A stretch of 64,000 nt of DNA from Camelus ferus (taxonomy: Eukaryota). This document shows, piece by piece, positions 25,017-35,140 of this stretch. Position 1 is the stretch's first letter. Every line of letters starts with the position of its first letter. The stretch is taken from contig NC_045701.1 in NCBI RefSeq assembly GCF_009834535.1, forward strand, positions 29,760,001 to 29,824,000. The letters are read 5' to 3'. The notes beneath the pieces were generated by a model. That model was given only the letters and a program-made list of their open reading frames with translations, was not told where the DNA came from and ran no database searches. The translations under genes were made by a program, and so were the position numbers.

Positions 25017-25045
25017 CTGCAGATCATAAAGAAACAGAGTTCATT
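25017..25045 (-). promoter_or_regulatory. Splice acceptor 9 nt upstream of the OR4N ATG (equivalents at 35150 and 46835)
   Basis: Minus strand ctctgtttctttatgatctgcAG|gcagaggagATG; the ctgcag|gcagaggagATG junction is identical in all three OR4N copies. Confidence 0.65.
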
Positions 25046-26189
25046 GCTGTTACTATTTCTTCCACCTAGACCCTGGATGTCCTCTAGCTAAGTGTTTGAC
25101 ACACTGATCACTTCAGCCAAAAACAACAGGTTTCCATCCTCACCAATGTCCTGGGTAAATTCTGAACATTTCCTTCATCCAGATTTAAAGCAAACAAACA
25201 AACAAACAAAAAAACACTGCGCTCAGAGCTGCACTCTTACTCCCATTCAGCCCTGTGCTTCTACAGCGCTGATATCCAACTTGGGAGGCAGCATCCTGCC
25301 CTTTCTTGGAATTCCTACCTTCTTGAATCATAGGAGAAATTTCCGAATTGAGATACAATGTAACTTCAGTTATGAAGAGCTTTGCATTTTGGTGGCTGTA
25401 CTATGCTTGAGGCTGAACAGCTGTCTTGGGATTACACGCCTTTTCTCCTCATCCACCAACCCAAATGGTTTACTGAGTATTTACTTGCTTCTGTTTCTGT
25501 AGAATTTCCAGTTCCTGCCTGCTAACTCTCTGCCTTGCTCTCTGTTTCCTTCTATCACCCTCCTCAGACCTGGTGTCCTTGTAATGCCCTGACCCAAGCT
25601 GTGCCCCAGTTTCCCAACAATAGGTCCACTTGTCACCTAACTTAGAGGTAGTCTCCTAGCTGCATCCCTGGGTAAGCACCACTCCACTGCCACCCCACGG
25701 CTTGTTCATGCAGCTTAACTAACACTATGTGAATCTCAAGTACTGATTATATACTCCCGAACTCCTTCTTTCCCTCATCCCAGTATGATGCCCAAGGGAG
25801 AGCCTTTCAACAAACAATACGTTACAATACAAAATTTGCCAGTATAAATTTTTTAATTAATTATCTTGACACATTAACATTCTTAGCATAGAAGAGGGGG
25901 AAGCAACAGTAAAGCTCCTATAGTCTAAGCCATTCCTTTTAAGAGAAGAAGCTAAAGCTACTGTGGTTACAACATTTAAGTTTGGAATGAATTTTTATTA
26001 TTGTTCTGATTGACAAGTCATAGAGGAACGCAGGTTGTACCACTCAGTTTAAACACATAAAGAAGCAACACAGTTTTCAACAATGAGCGCTCTCTTTTGT
26101 GTACTGGAATAACTAAATATAATATTGCTTGTCTAAAATCACCCCTTTACAGAGCTTAGAATTAGAATTTTAACCCTGTGCAACTAAAA

Positions 26190-26495
26190 GCACATTACTT
26201 ATTTGAAGGAAAATCTGTATGTAACGCTCAGTCTGTTTAGCGCTGCAGGCTCATTCCAGAAAGGACATGTGATGATCCCCTGAAGAGTGAAAAGACGACA
26301 GTATTAAATATTTTTACATGGGTATAATTGCCCGTGTATATGTAGTTGTCACTGCCTTTTATTTTTTTAAATGCTAGTTTTAATATGTATAATATATTAA
26401 CATGATGGCATACACACTTTATGAATAAATGAGCACAAAATTAAGGCAGAAGGTCAAAAAATATTTTGTTATGGGTATGAACAGTTTGAAAATTG
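26190..26495. mobile_element. Possible hAT-Charlie DNA transposon remnant (also at about 36325-36630)
   Basis: AT-rich with a terminus-like aaaaatattttgttatgggtatgaacagtttgaaaa; family not securely recognised. Confidence 0.3.
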
Positions 26496-28754
26496 TCAAT
26501 CTACAGAAAAATACAACATATTACCTGTAACACAGTGTATATTACGTATAACGTTTAACTTAATAGCACAATTGTGTTAAGTAAGTTCTGTGGAACATTG
26601 GATACAAAGCAGAGTGAAAACCTTTGACAGAAAAAGCTCGTGACTCACTACTCAGGAACGAAAGCTAGAAAGGGAGAAGTCTGAATGAAAATAGAAGAGG
26701 AAAGAAATAGAGAAGCAAAAGAAAAACCCAAAACAATTAAGTGCATATAGTACATTGCTATGGTACATATTATAGGAAGCAGTAAACATATCTGCTTTAA
26801 GCATCTCTAGAGCTGAGGGGAATGGCTAATACACAGGTCTCCGTGTGTGACTACTGCCAGCCCCAGACGCACTTTATCAAGTCATATTTTAACATACCAG
26901 CATGTACACGCACACAAAGACCAGACACACACACACAGGAAAGTGGGGCCTACCCAAAACTGTAATAGAAAAATATTCTGTAGGCTCTTCCATTAGCTTC
27001 TCAGCTCACTTCTTAACTTTTCTCCACTGAGGAGACATTTGTCTCAGCATTCATTCCATCATCTGCCTATAAAAATACACCAGGAAACCTAGGGGTGTAA
27101 GTGAAAAGCCCCTTCTACTTACTCTTAGCTTTTGTGCATCCCCCAAGCTCACTCAGAGTTGGTTATTGCACGATGTGCCAGTGTTTGATGGTATCTCTGA
27201 CAGCAGAGGATTTCTGAAGGTTTTCGTGATGGAAGGTTATAGGTTTTTCTACTCTGCCCACTTTCCTATCTTCCATCTCTGCTTTTCACTATTACCCAAC
27301 AGACTGGAGTCCACACTCCCTGACATAGGTGGTCCATTTACTTCCCATGACCTGTTCTGGTCTATGTACTTTCCTTACCTGTGATTCTGAAATGCTGGTG
27401 GGCATAGATCCAGAGACTGTGTATCAGATAAGCATTTCTCAGAAAAACAAATTACAACTCTGGGGAAAAACCTACCAATTATGGCCCTCTTCTGCATAAA
27501 ATATACTCTTTTAGCAAAATTTATAGGAAAAGCATTATCAGAAGAGGCTGAAGCAGAAATCTAAATTCTCACCACTACATCTCTCATCTTCCTTGCCACT
27601 GCTGCTAATTAAGAGGCACCTCTGACTCCAGCAGTGATGGCACAGTAGAGGCTGGGGAAGGCCAGGGAGACAGGCTCTCTCAACGTCGGGTGGAGACACA
27701 CACATCCTCAGACAACACTGTGCCTACAAGGACTGCAAACTGTGCTCAGACCAGCTCCTGGATTCCCGCGTTTAGAGACCCAAGGAGCTCCCTTCCCCAG
27801 CTCTTTGAAACATTTCCTCATGCTTCCTCCCTCATTTTCCCTCTTTTCTCTTCTCTCCCCTTTCATGCATCAACAAGCCTTTGATTTCCCAATTTACTTT
27901 TGTAAGTTTGATTGCAGTTTCTTTCTCCTGTTAATTTACGGCCTCTCATTTTCCCCTAATCTTCTTTCTCTTTTAATTTTGCTGTCTTTGAATCGCACTC
28001 TTCTTTATCATTTTCTCTTCTTTCTCCCTCTCATTTATTCAGGTTCCTTCACTCTGAGATGTGTTCCCTCTCTCCACTTGTCCTGAGATTCATTGCTACT
28101 CCATTATATCTCATGCTTCTCTTAGAATTATATTTAAAAAAGCACACCTCATTGTTGTTTCCTTTCAAGCAAGAATGAGCACTGTGTAGCTTCCCACCAT
28201 CTCCCATTCTAAACATTACATCCACAAAATAAAATTGTATATTTCACTGCAGTACTAAATATTCTCTCTCGAATAGAGAAAATTTTTTCAATTTACCAAA
28301 TCTGAACCACTCAATTGCTTCTCATTTCCTCATATTTCTTTTGCATGTAAGTGAACCTGATAAAACAAGTTACATTTTAAGAAAAGTAAATCTAATTAGC
28401 ATAATTCTAATAAAATGACTATAGCTAACAAGGTTTCCAACAGTTTGAGTGCAATGTCTGTCAGCGTATTGATTGAAGCTTGAAAATTCTTTAAGGGTAA
28501 ATTAACATGTTTACATATTCTGAAAAATGTAGCTCAGACTGAAACGTGATCAAATATTTAATTGGTACTGATGCAGATGACTGATTTATAAAGTCACTGC
28601 ATATATAAAGTGACTGATGTATAAATACACTGAACAAATGTCTAGATCTTCAGCAAGGAAACTCCCTCATCAATAAAGTGGAATGGTTAAATTAAATTAC
28701 CTCTAGATTTCCTGCAAATGTTGTATTTTTTACTCAGTATTAGAATTCTGCCTG

Positions 28755-28875
28755 GTTTGGAATCATTGTATCTGATTTGAATACTTTGGCTGAGCAATGC
28801 ACTAACTACATGGCCTGGGCAAATCACTTAGCTTTCAGAAGTCTGAGTTTTCATTCAAGAAATAGAATAAAGTAT
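28755..28875 (+). mobile_element. MIR fragment (also 38895-39015)
   Basis: tttgaatactttggct...actaactacatggcctgggcaaatcacttagctttcagaagtctgagttttcattc. Confidence 0.55.
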
Positions 28876-30184
28876 TGACTCTTCCTAACTGACAGGAATG
28901 ATCTGCGGATCAAATTGTGGTGATGACAGTAACACTAACTCATCAAATAAGTTCAAACCAAAGCTAATCCTGAAAATATTTAGATGGAAAAGACAGTGCT
29001 GATGATCAGACACATCATCACTAGTGCCTTTGTCAGTGTCTTTGAGTGAACCCTGGCTGATGGTAGCTGCATAAATCTGAGTGACTAGCAGAGAGAAGAA
29101 ATTGTACAGGTGAAAAAACCCTTCTTGCAAAATTCCGAATGCAGTCAGCTGTTTGTATACCAAGTTTTTCTCAGTTTCACAACTCTCTCTCTCCATCAAA
29201 GCCCTGTATTGATGAATAATGGAACCATTGGTAACAGAAGAAACTCAAATATGTTGAGTATGGAAATTAAGACATCCGGGGAATGCTCTGAAAAATCATA
29301 AAATCGGTGAAGTTTTCCTCTGGAACCTTTAGCCTTCTCTTTTTGCATCTTCCTCCCTTTCATCTGTCCTTTATAAGGAAAATAAATCATTCATTGCTTG
29401 CCCCTTGGTTTTCAACCAAATGTCAACTCTATGGAAGCTATTGCTATTTTCACTTAATAATGGTGTAGAATGAAAGTTTCTGTCCACCATTACACTCATT
29501 CTAAGCATCAAGAGCAGATGGAAATCTATTGGAGAGAGGGTAGAAAATGCCACACTGCTAAATTTAGACTTAAGCCTCTGGCTTTTCCTGTTGAATCTCT
29601 GACCTCTATTCCATTGCATTCCAAGGCAGCAGATGAACCAGCAGAATAGTTGCAACAGGGTTTCTATTGTCTTCTTGTTTCTTGTGAGTATGAATAGCCC
29701 CCAGCCCGAGAAATGCCAGTCTGCAGGTTTTATGTAACTCTCCTCCCCACCCTGGAAACACATTAACTGACCGTTTATGTCATTGTTCATTAATATTTAT
29801 TCTCACATAGGGAAGCTGAGACTTTGAAATCTCCTCCAACTCTTTATGATGCAATGGAGAAAGTGCTTTGGAGATCTGAGACTACCCGCCCCACTGAATA
29901 TTTCCAAAGGGAGTTATTAGACTGTAAACTAAATTAGGCAAGGAAACATACCAGAGCTTCGTAAAGGACAGATATTTTAGAATGTGTCAGGTAGTGTCAC
30001 ACTGTGTTAATCCTGTATTCTAACACCAAAATCCTATCAGTGAGTGAGAGAATCCAACTCTATTTGGAGTTCTGTTTCTTAGGTCAAAAGTAAATAGAAG
30101 GTTAGGAAAAGTTCATTTACATCTTACAATAAAATTGAAAATGAGAAAAAATGTAAATAAATGCTGAGATTGTTGGGAAGGAAG

Positions 30185-30520
30185 CAGGGTCAGGGTGAAG
30201 ATGAGACAAGTGAGGGTATTGCCTCAGGCATCAAATTTATAATGATAGCAAAACCTTAGCAATTAAAATTTTAAAAAATAAAGTGAAATAAATAAGATTT
30301 TTAATGCAATACTTTAAAGAGCAAAGTTAACGTAACAACTATGAACAGAATATCAATATTTAAAGCAAAGGCATCAACATTACAGATTTTCCTTTTGCCT
30401 CAGTTTTCACTATGGCTCAACCTGGCATTTTTACTAATCCTGCTTATATTTAAAATTTAGTATTTATTTGTTCATCATGAATTTTTAAAATTAATTTTGA
30501 TTTTTAAAAATACTAATTAA
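30185..30520. mobile_element. Palindromic hAT-type MITE (MER96B-like, name uncertain), right arm largely missing in unit A
   Basis: cagggtcagggtgaagatgagacaagtgagggtattgcctcagg... with an internal inverted repeat (tgaacagaatatcaatatttaaag vs atttaaaatttagtatttatttgttca). Confidence 0.55.
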
Positions 30521-30899
30521 GTCTACTGAATATTATGCTTTGTGAAATAAGACAGAGAAATACAAATACTGTATGATATCACTTCTATGTGGAATCTTAA
30601 AAATGTAATACAAAGTATACTGATGCAAAACAGAAACAGACTCATAGATACACAGAACAAACCAGTGGTTACCAAAGAGGAGAGAGAAGAGGAAAAGAGC
30701 AAATTAGCAGTATGAGGTTAAGAGATACAAACTACCATGTATAAAATACATAAGCAGCAAGGATATATGATATAGCACAGGAAATTATAGCCATTTTCCT
30801 GGATAATTTTTAATAGAGTGTAACTATAAAAATACTGAATCACTATGTTGTACACCTGAACTGATACAATACTATAAATCAACTCTACTCATTAAAAAA
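30521..30899 (+). mobile_element. L1 3' end (cetartiodactyl-type) inserted in the MITE
   Basis: aatattatgctttgtgaaataagacagag...aatactgaatcactatgttgtacacctgaa...aaatcaactctactcattaaaaaa. Confidence 0.85.
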
Positions 30900-31110
30900 G
30901 TGTAATATAAAGCATAATATTTAATTCTATTTTGCTTAGCGCTTCAGTGAGTTAAATCCTTTTCTTCTATCTAAGAGATAGAATGAGGAGCTAGTTATTC
31001 AGATTCTTTCAAAGGTTAAGTTGGGTCTTGGAGTCATCTTTAATTATATTGAATTTAGCTCAGATTGTGTTTTTTTTGAAATTTTTAACTGTGGTCTTTA
31101 TTGAACACTC

Positions 31111-31990
31111 TTTTTTTATTTAAACATTTCTTTATTGAGTTATACTCATATTGTGTCAAATTCCAGTGTAGAGCACAATTTTTCAGTTATACATGAAGAT
31201 ACATATATTCATTGTCACATTTTTTTTTTGCTGTGAGCTACGACAAGATCTTGTATATATTTCCCTGTGCTATACAGTATAATCTTTTTTATGTATTCTA
31301 CATATGCCTGTCAGTATCTACAAATTTTGATCTCCCAGTATCTCTTCCCACCCAAATCCCCCTTGGCAACCGCAAGTTTGTATTCTATGTCTATGAGTCT
31401 GTTTCTGTGTTGTATTTATGCTTTTTTTTTTTTTTACATTCCACATATGAGTGATCTCATATGGTATTTTTCTTTCTCCTTCTGGCTTACTTCACTTAGA
31501 ATGATATTCTCCAGGGACATGCATGTTGCTGCAAATGGTGTTATGTTGTCGGTTTTTATGGCTGAATTATTCCATTGTAGAAATATACCACATCTTCTTT
31601 ATCCAGTCATTTGTCGATGGACATTTAAGCTGTTTCCATGTCTTGGCTATTGTAAATAGTGCTGCTATGAACATTGGGGTGTAGGTGTCTTTCTGAAGTA
31701 GGGTTCCTTCTGGATATATGCCCAGGAATAGGATTACTAGGTCATATAGTAAGTCTATTCCTAGTCTTTTGAGGAATCTCCATGCTGTTTTCCACAGTGG
31801 CTGCACGAAACTGCATTCCCACCAGCAGTGTAGGAGGGTTCCCTTTTCTCCACAGCCTCTCCAGCATTGGTCATTTGTGGACATTTGAATGATAGCCATT
31901 CTGACTGGTGTGAGGTGATACCTCATTGTAGTTTTGATTTGCATTTCTCTGATAATTAGTCATATTGGGCATTTTTTCATGTGCCTATTG
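31111..31990 (-). mobile_element. Young 5'-truncated L1 (camelid-type) with a nearly open ORF2 C-terminus
   Basis: ORF 31567-31944 encodes [19 protein letters not shown]...HCWWEC...[21 protein letters not shown] (ORF2p cysteine-rich end), with a premature TAA; poly(T) at 31111; possible degenerate TSD attgaacactc / attgatcactt. Confidence 0.93.
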
Positions 31991-33404
31991 ATCACTTCTG
32001 TTTAACTCAGATTGATTTTATCTCCAGCTGCCACCAAGGAACTTGTGTCTTTGATCTCATCAGAGCCAGGAAGAGTTTCAGCCACAACTCTGATAGTTTT
32101 GTTTCCCTTAGGATTCGGCTATGTAGACACTCAACATCCAAGTACCTCATAACACTGAAAATGTGGGGATTCCCTCTGATTTTTTTTTCTTCCTTCATTT
32201 CCCTTTTCCTGAGCAAATTATAGGTGTCAGTGGGAAAAGGGAGAGAAATTTATAAAGCCAAGCTGTTTATTTTTGTGTTTTGAGCATTCTCATCTGTCCA
32301 CATCCCATGGGTCATTAGATCACCTCGTATTTTCTCACACCTACAAAAGATCCCATTTTATGGCAGAGTCACTCATTCATCTACAAGTATCCAGACTAGG
32401 TACCTGCCCTCAGGTACGGCGCTGCCATAGCTCTCCGCTCCTCTCTACAGGCCTTTCCCTTCTCTGGAGCTCAACCAAAAAACCTTCTTTGCTTCATCCA
32501 CTCTTTGATAGCCTCAGAAAAGTAAAATTTGAATTTTGTACTTTTCATATTGTCGATAATACAAGAGCAACGTCCTTCTGCAAGCTAACCAGAATCAGTG
32601 GTCTATATTCTGATGGTTCGCTTTTGAGAATAAAATTATTTTTGTGTTTTTAACTCTTTCCATTTTTCCCTTTGTTAATTGACTGTTGGTTTCAATTGCC
32701 CATGTTTCCTTCAGGGTATGTATCTATTTCATAGTCATTTATTAATTTTTTATGTATTAAGTGAATTAACTTCATTGTTTATATCAATTTCCTTAGTTAA
32801 TAGATTTTTTTTATTCTAATCTTTATGCATGAATGCTCCTCTGTACCATCCTGGGATAGGGAGAAAGCTCTCAATTCAATTTCCATGCAAACCTCTATAA
32901 TTATGCAGAAACTAACCTGCACATCCACATGTGGTGGGTAGATTTTCATCACTCTTCTCCTTTTAAGCCACACATTTTTTTTACGATGTCAAATATAACT
33001 ATCTTTCTTTTCATTTTCAATTTAATGTCGTACTTATTCGCCTTCTCACCTTCAAGGTCCTAAAACTATGATTCTGTATTTTACCACGGGTTTTTGCATT
33101 GCTTTGCTTTATTTTCCAAAGAAGCTGTGAACATATAAACAGGTTCTTCTAGGATCTTGGCATTTAAATTTCCAAATTCTGACTGTCAAATGTACTCATG
33201 AATCACTTGAATTTAGAAAAAAATTAATTGGCGAGAGAGGCAATAACATGAAAGGTGGTCTGTATCATTCTCCTGACTCCATACTGTGCTTAATTACTGT
33301 GCTCCTTCAGTGAGGAGCTGCCAAGTGGCTTCCTGTTATCCCAGTTTCCTCATTATTCAGGGATAGATCACTTGGTAGATTAGTTTTACAGTGTTTTTCT
33401 GGCA

Positions 33405-34213
33405 ATCATTTCTGAATGCCGAGCATAAAGAATGGTTGCCTACTGAAAACATTTTATAAGTACCGAATTTCTCACATTAAACCTCACTGTACTTAACAGT
33501 GATTTATGTGATCTCCAACAGAATCTGTAATACCAAATATCTATCATTACCATAATCAGATTGCAAACAATTGAGGGCAAGATTTAACATCCAGGGAGGA
33601 TTTGTAAAAACCATTAGTGATAATCATGAAGCTCTGAAAAAATCAAGGGAAATAACTTCATTACTTTTTTTCATAAAACCAATTAGTTTCCTTTCTTATC
33701 CACTACTAAACTTGGGGTGAGGGGAAGAAAATATATATGTTTCAGGAGTTTTCAAGCTTTTTAAATTGTTCAAACATATCATTTGGATTTAGATGATGTC
33801 TTGCCCTTATTGATCCTTGCCCAGAATCTTCATAATGTTGTTCTAAATCATACAAGAAACAATTGTGGATGAGTCAGTTCTGGCTTCAAATACTAAGATG
33901 AATTCTTTCTGCAATTAGAAAAAACAGAACTTCTTATCACAGCTTAAAACGCTTTTATTTTTTGACCTTTACAGCCACATATATTTTACACCCTAAATCT
34001 GTCACACTTATTCATTGTAACCCAATTACTCTTGTGTTTTCTTTTATGTTCCTTAAACATAGCACATTTACTCACTTCATATGTATATCTCTCCCCTAGA
34101 GGCTACGATAGTAACTGACAATGAGAAGGACTCAGTGAAAAACAATATTTGTTAAATGAATGAAAAAGTTGCAGCAGAATTGTCAGTTCTTGTCTTCTTA
34201 CTATACGATCCAT
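33405..34213. repeat. 3' flank of copy 2, paralogous to the 3' flank of copy 3 (about 45050-45898)
   Basis: Shared blocks such as ccaacagaatct, caattgagggcaag.tttaacatccagggaggatttgtaaaaacc and cttttatgttccttaaacatagca; about 85% identity by eye. Confidence 0.9.
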
Positions 34214-35140
34214 TCAGCAGATCACATGCCGACTCAATAGTCTCCTCATGGACGCTTTCACTTCCTGGTTGCGAAGGGTGTAAATCACAGGGTTCATCAA
34301 AGGAAAGATCACTGTATGGAAAAAGGAAACCACCTTGTCTGCTGGTAAGGCTCTGAAGGGGCGGGTGTAAATGAAGATGCCAGGCCCAAACATGAGAAAT
34401 ATAACGATGATATGGGTGGTGCATGTGGACATGGCCTTGCTCTTCCCCTCAGAGGAGGAACCACATACACGGCAGAGGATGACTGCATAGGAGGCCAGAA
34501 GGCCCACAAAACACAGGAGGGTCATCAGACCACTATTAAAAACCATCAGGAGCTCCACCACAAAGGTGTCAGTGCAGGCCAGCTTGATGACCTGCGGTAC
34601 GTCACAAAAGAAGTTGTCTAGTCGGTTTGGACCACAGAAGGGCAAGCGGAGGATGAGGGCCACCTGGATAATGGAGTGGACAAAGCCCCCAAACCACAGA
34701 GCCAACAGCAAGACATGGCAAGCTCTTGGGTTCATGACGGTAGAGTAGTATAAAGGACGACAGATGGCAATGTAGCGGTCAAAGGCCATCACAACTAGGA
34801 GCAACCCCTCCCCTCCTCCAAGGAAGTGCAAGAAAAAGAGCTGAGTGATGCAACCTTTATAAGATATCACCTTCTTCTCAGAGAAGAAATCCGCCAGCAT
34901 CCTGGGAGCCACAATGAAGGAGTAGGATGCATCCAGGAAGGCCAAGTTGCCCAGAAAGAAGTAGAGAGGGGCCGTGAGGCCAGGGTCTGACCTGATGGTG
35001 AGGATGATGAGGAAATTTCCAGGGAGGATGATGAGGTAGAAAATTAGAACTAGCACAAAGACCAGGAGCTGAATACTTTGAGACTGGGTCAAACCAACAA
35101 GGATAAATTCGGTCACCACTGTATTGTTCTCAGTCTCCAT
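34214..35140 (-). CDS. Olfactory receptor OR4N, chimeric OR4N2/OR4N4-like (copy 2, 308 aa)
   Basis: Intact OR frame. The N-terminus and TM6 match copy 1; the C-terminus [27 protein letters not shown] is identical to copy 3. Confidence 0.9.
   Translation of the reverse strand: METENNTVVTEFILVGLTQSQSIQLLVFVLVLIFYLIILPGNFLIILTIRSDPGLTAPLYFFLGNLAFLDASYSFIVAPRMLADFFSEKKVISYKGCITQLFFLHFLGGGEGLLLVVMAFDRYIAICRPLYYSTVMNPRACHVLLLALWFGGFVHSIIQVALILRLPFCGPNRLDNFFCDVPQVIKLACTDTFVVELLMVFNSGLMTLLCFVGLLASYAVILCRVCGSSSEGKSKAMSTCTTHIIVIFLMFGPGIFIYTRPFRALPADKVVSFFHTVIFPLMNPVIYTLRNQEVKASMRRLLSRHVIC

Larger units (their letters stand above)
25008..30899. repeat. Segmental duplication unit A (5' flank of copy 1), paralogous to 35141-41010
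   Basis: Line-by-line match at offset 10133, then 10140 after a 7-nt indel near 26520/36655. By eye about 95% over 25008-25530, about 99% over 25530-29430 and about 90% beyond. Confidence 0.97.

Noticed and set aside
27166-29790. Duplicated 60-139 aa ORFs in units A and B
   Set aside because: Their conservation is explained by near-identity of the DNA; low-complexity F/L/S-rich translations.
32133-32147. 15-mer aacatccaagtacct also at 48521-48535
   Set aside because: Flanks do not align; one or two such matches are expected by chance in a window this size.
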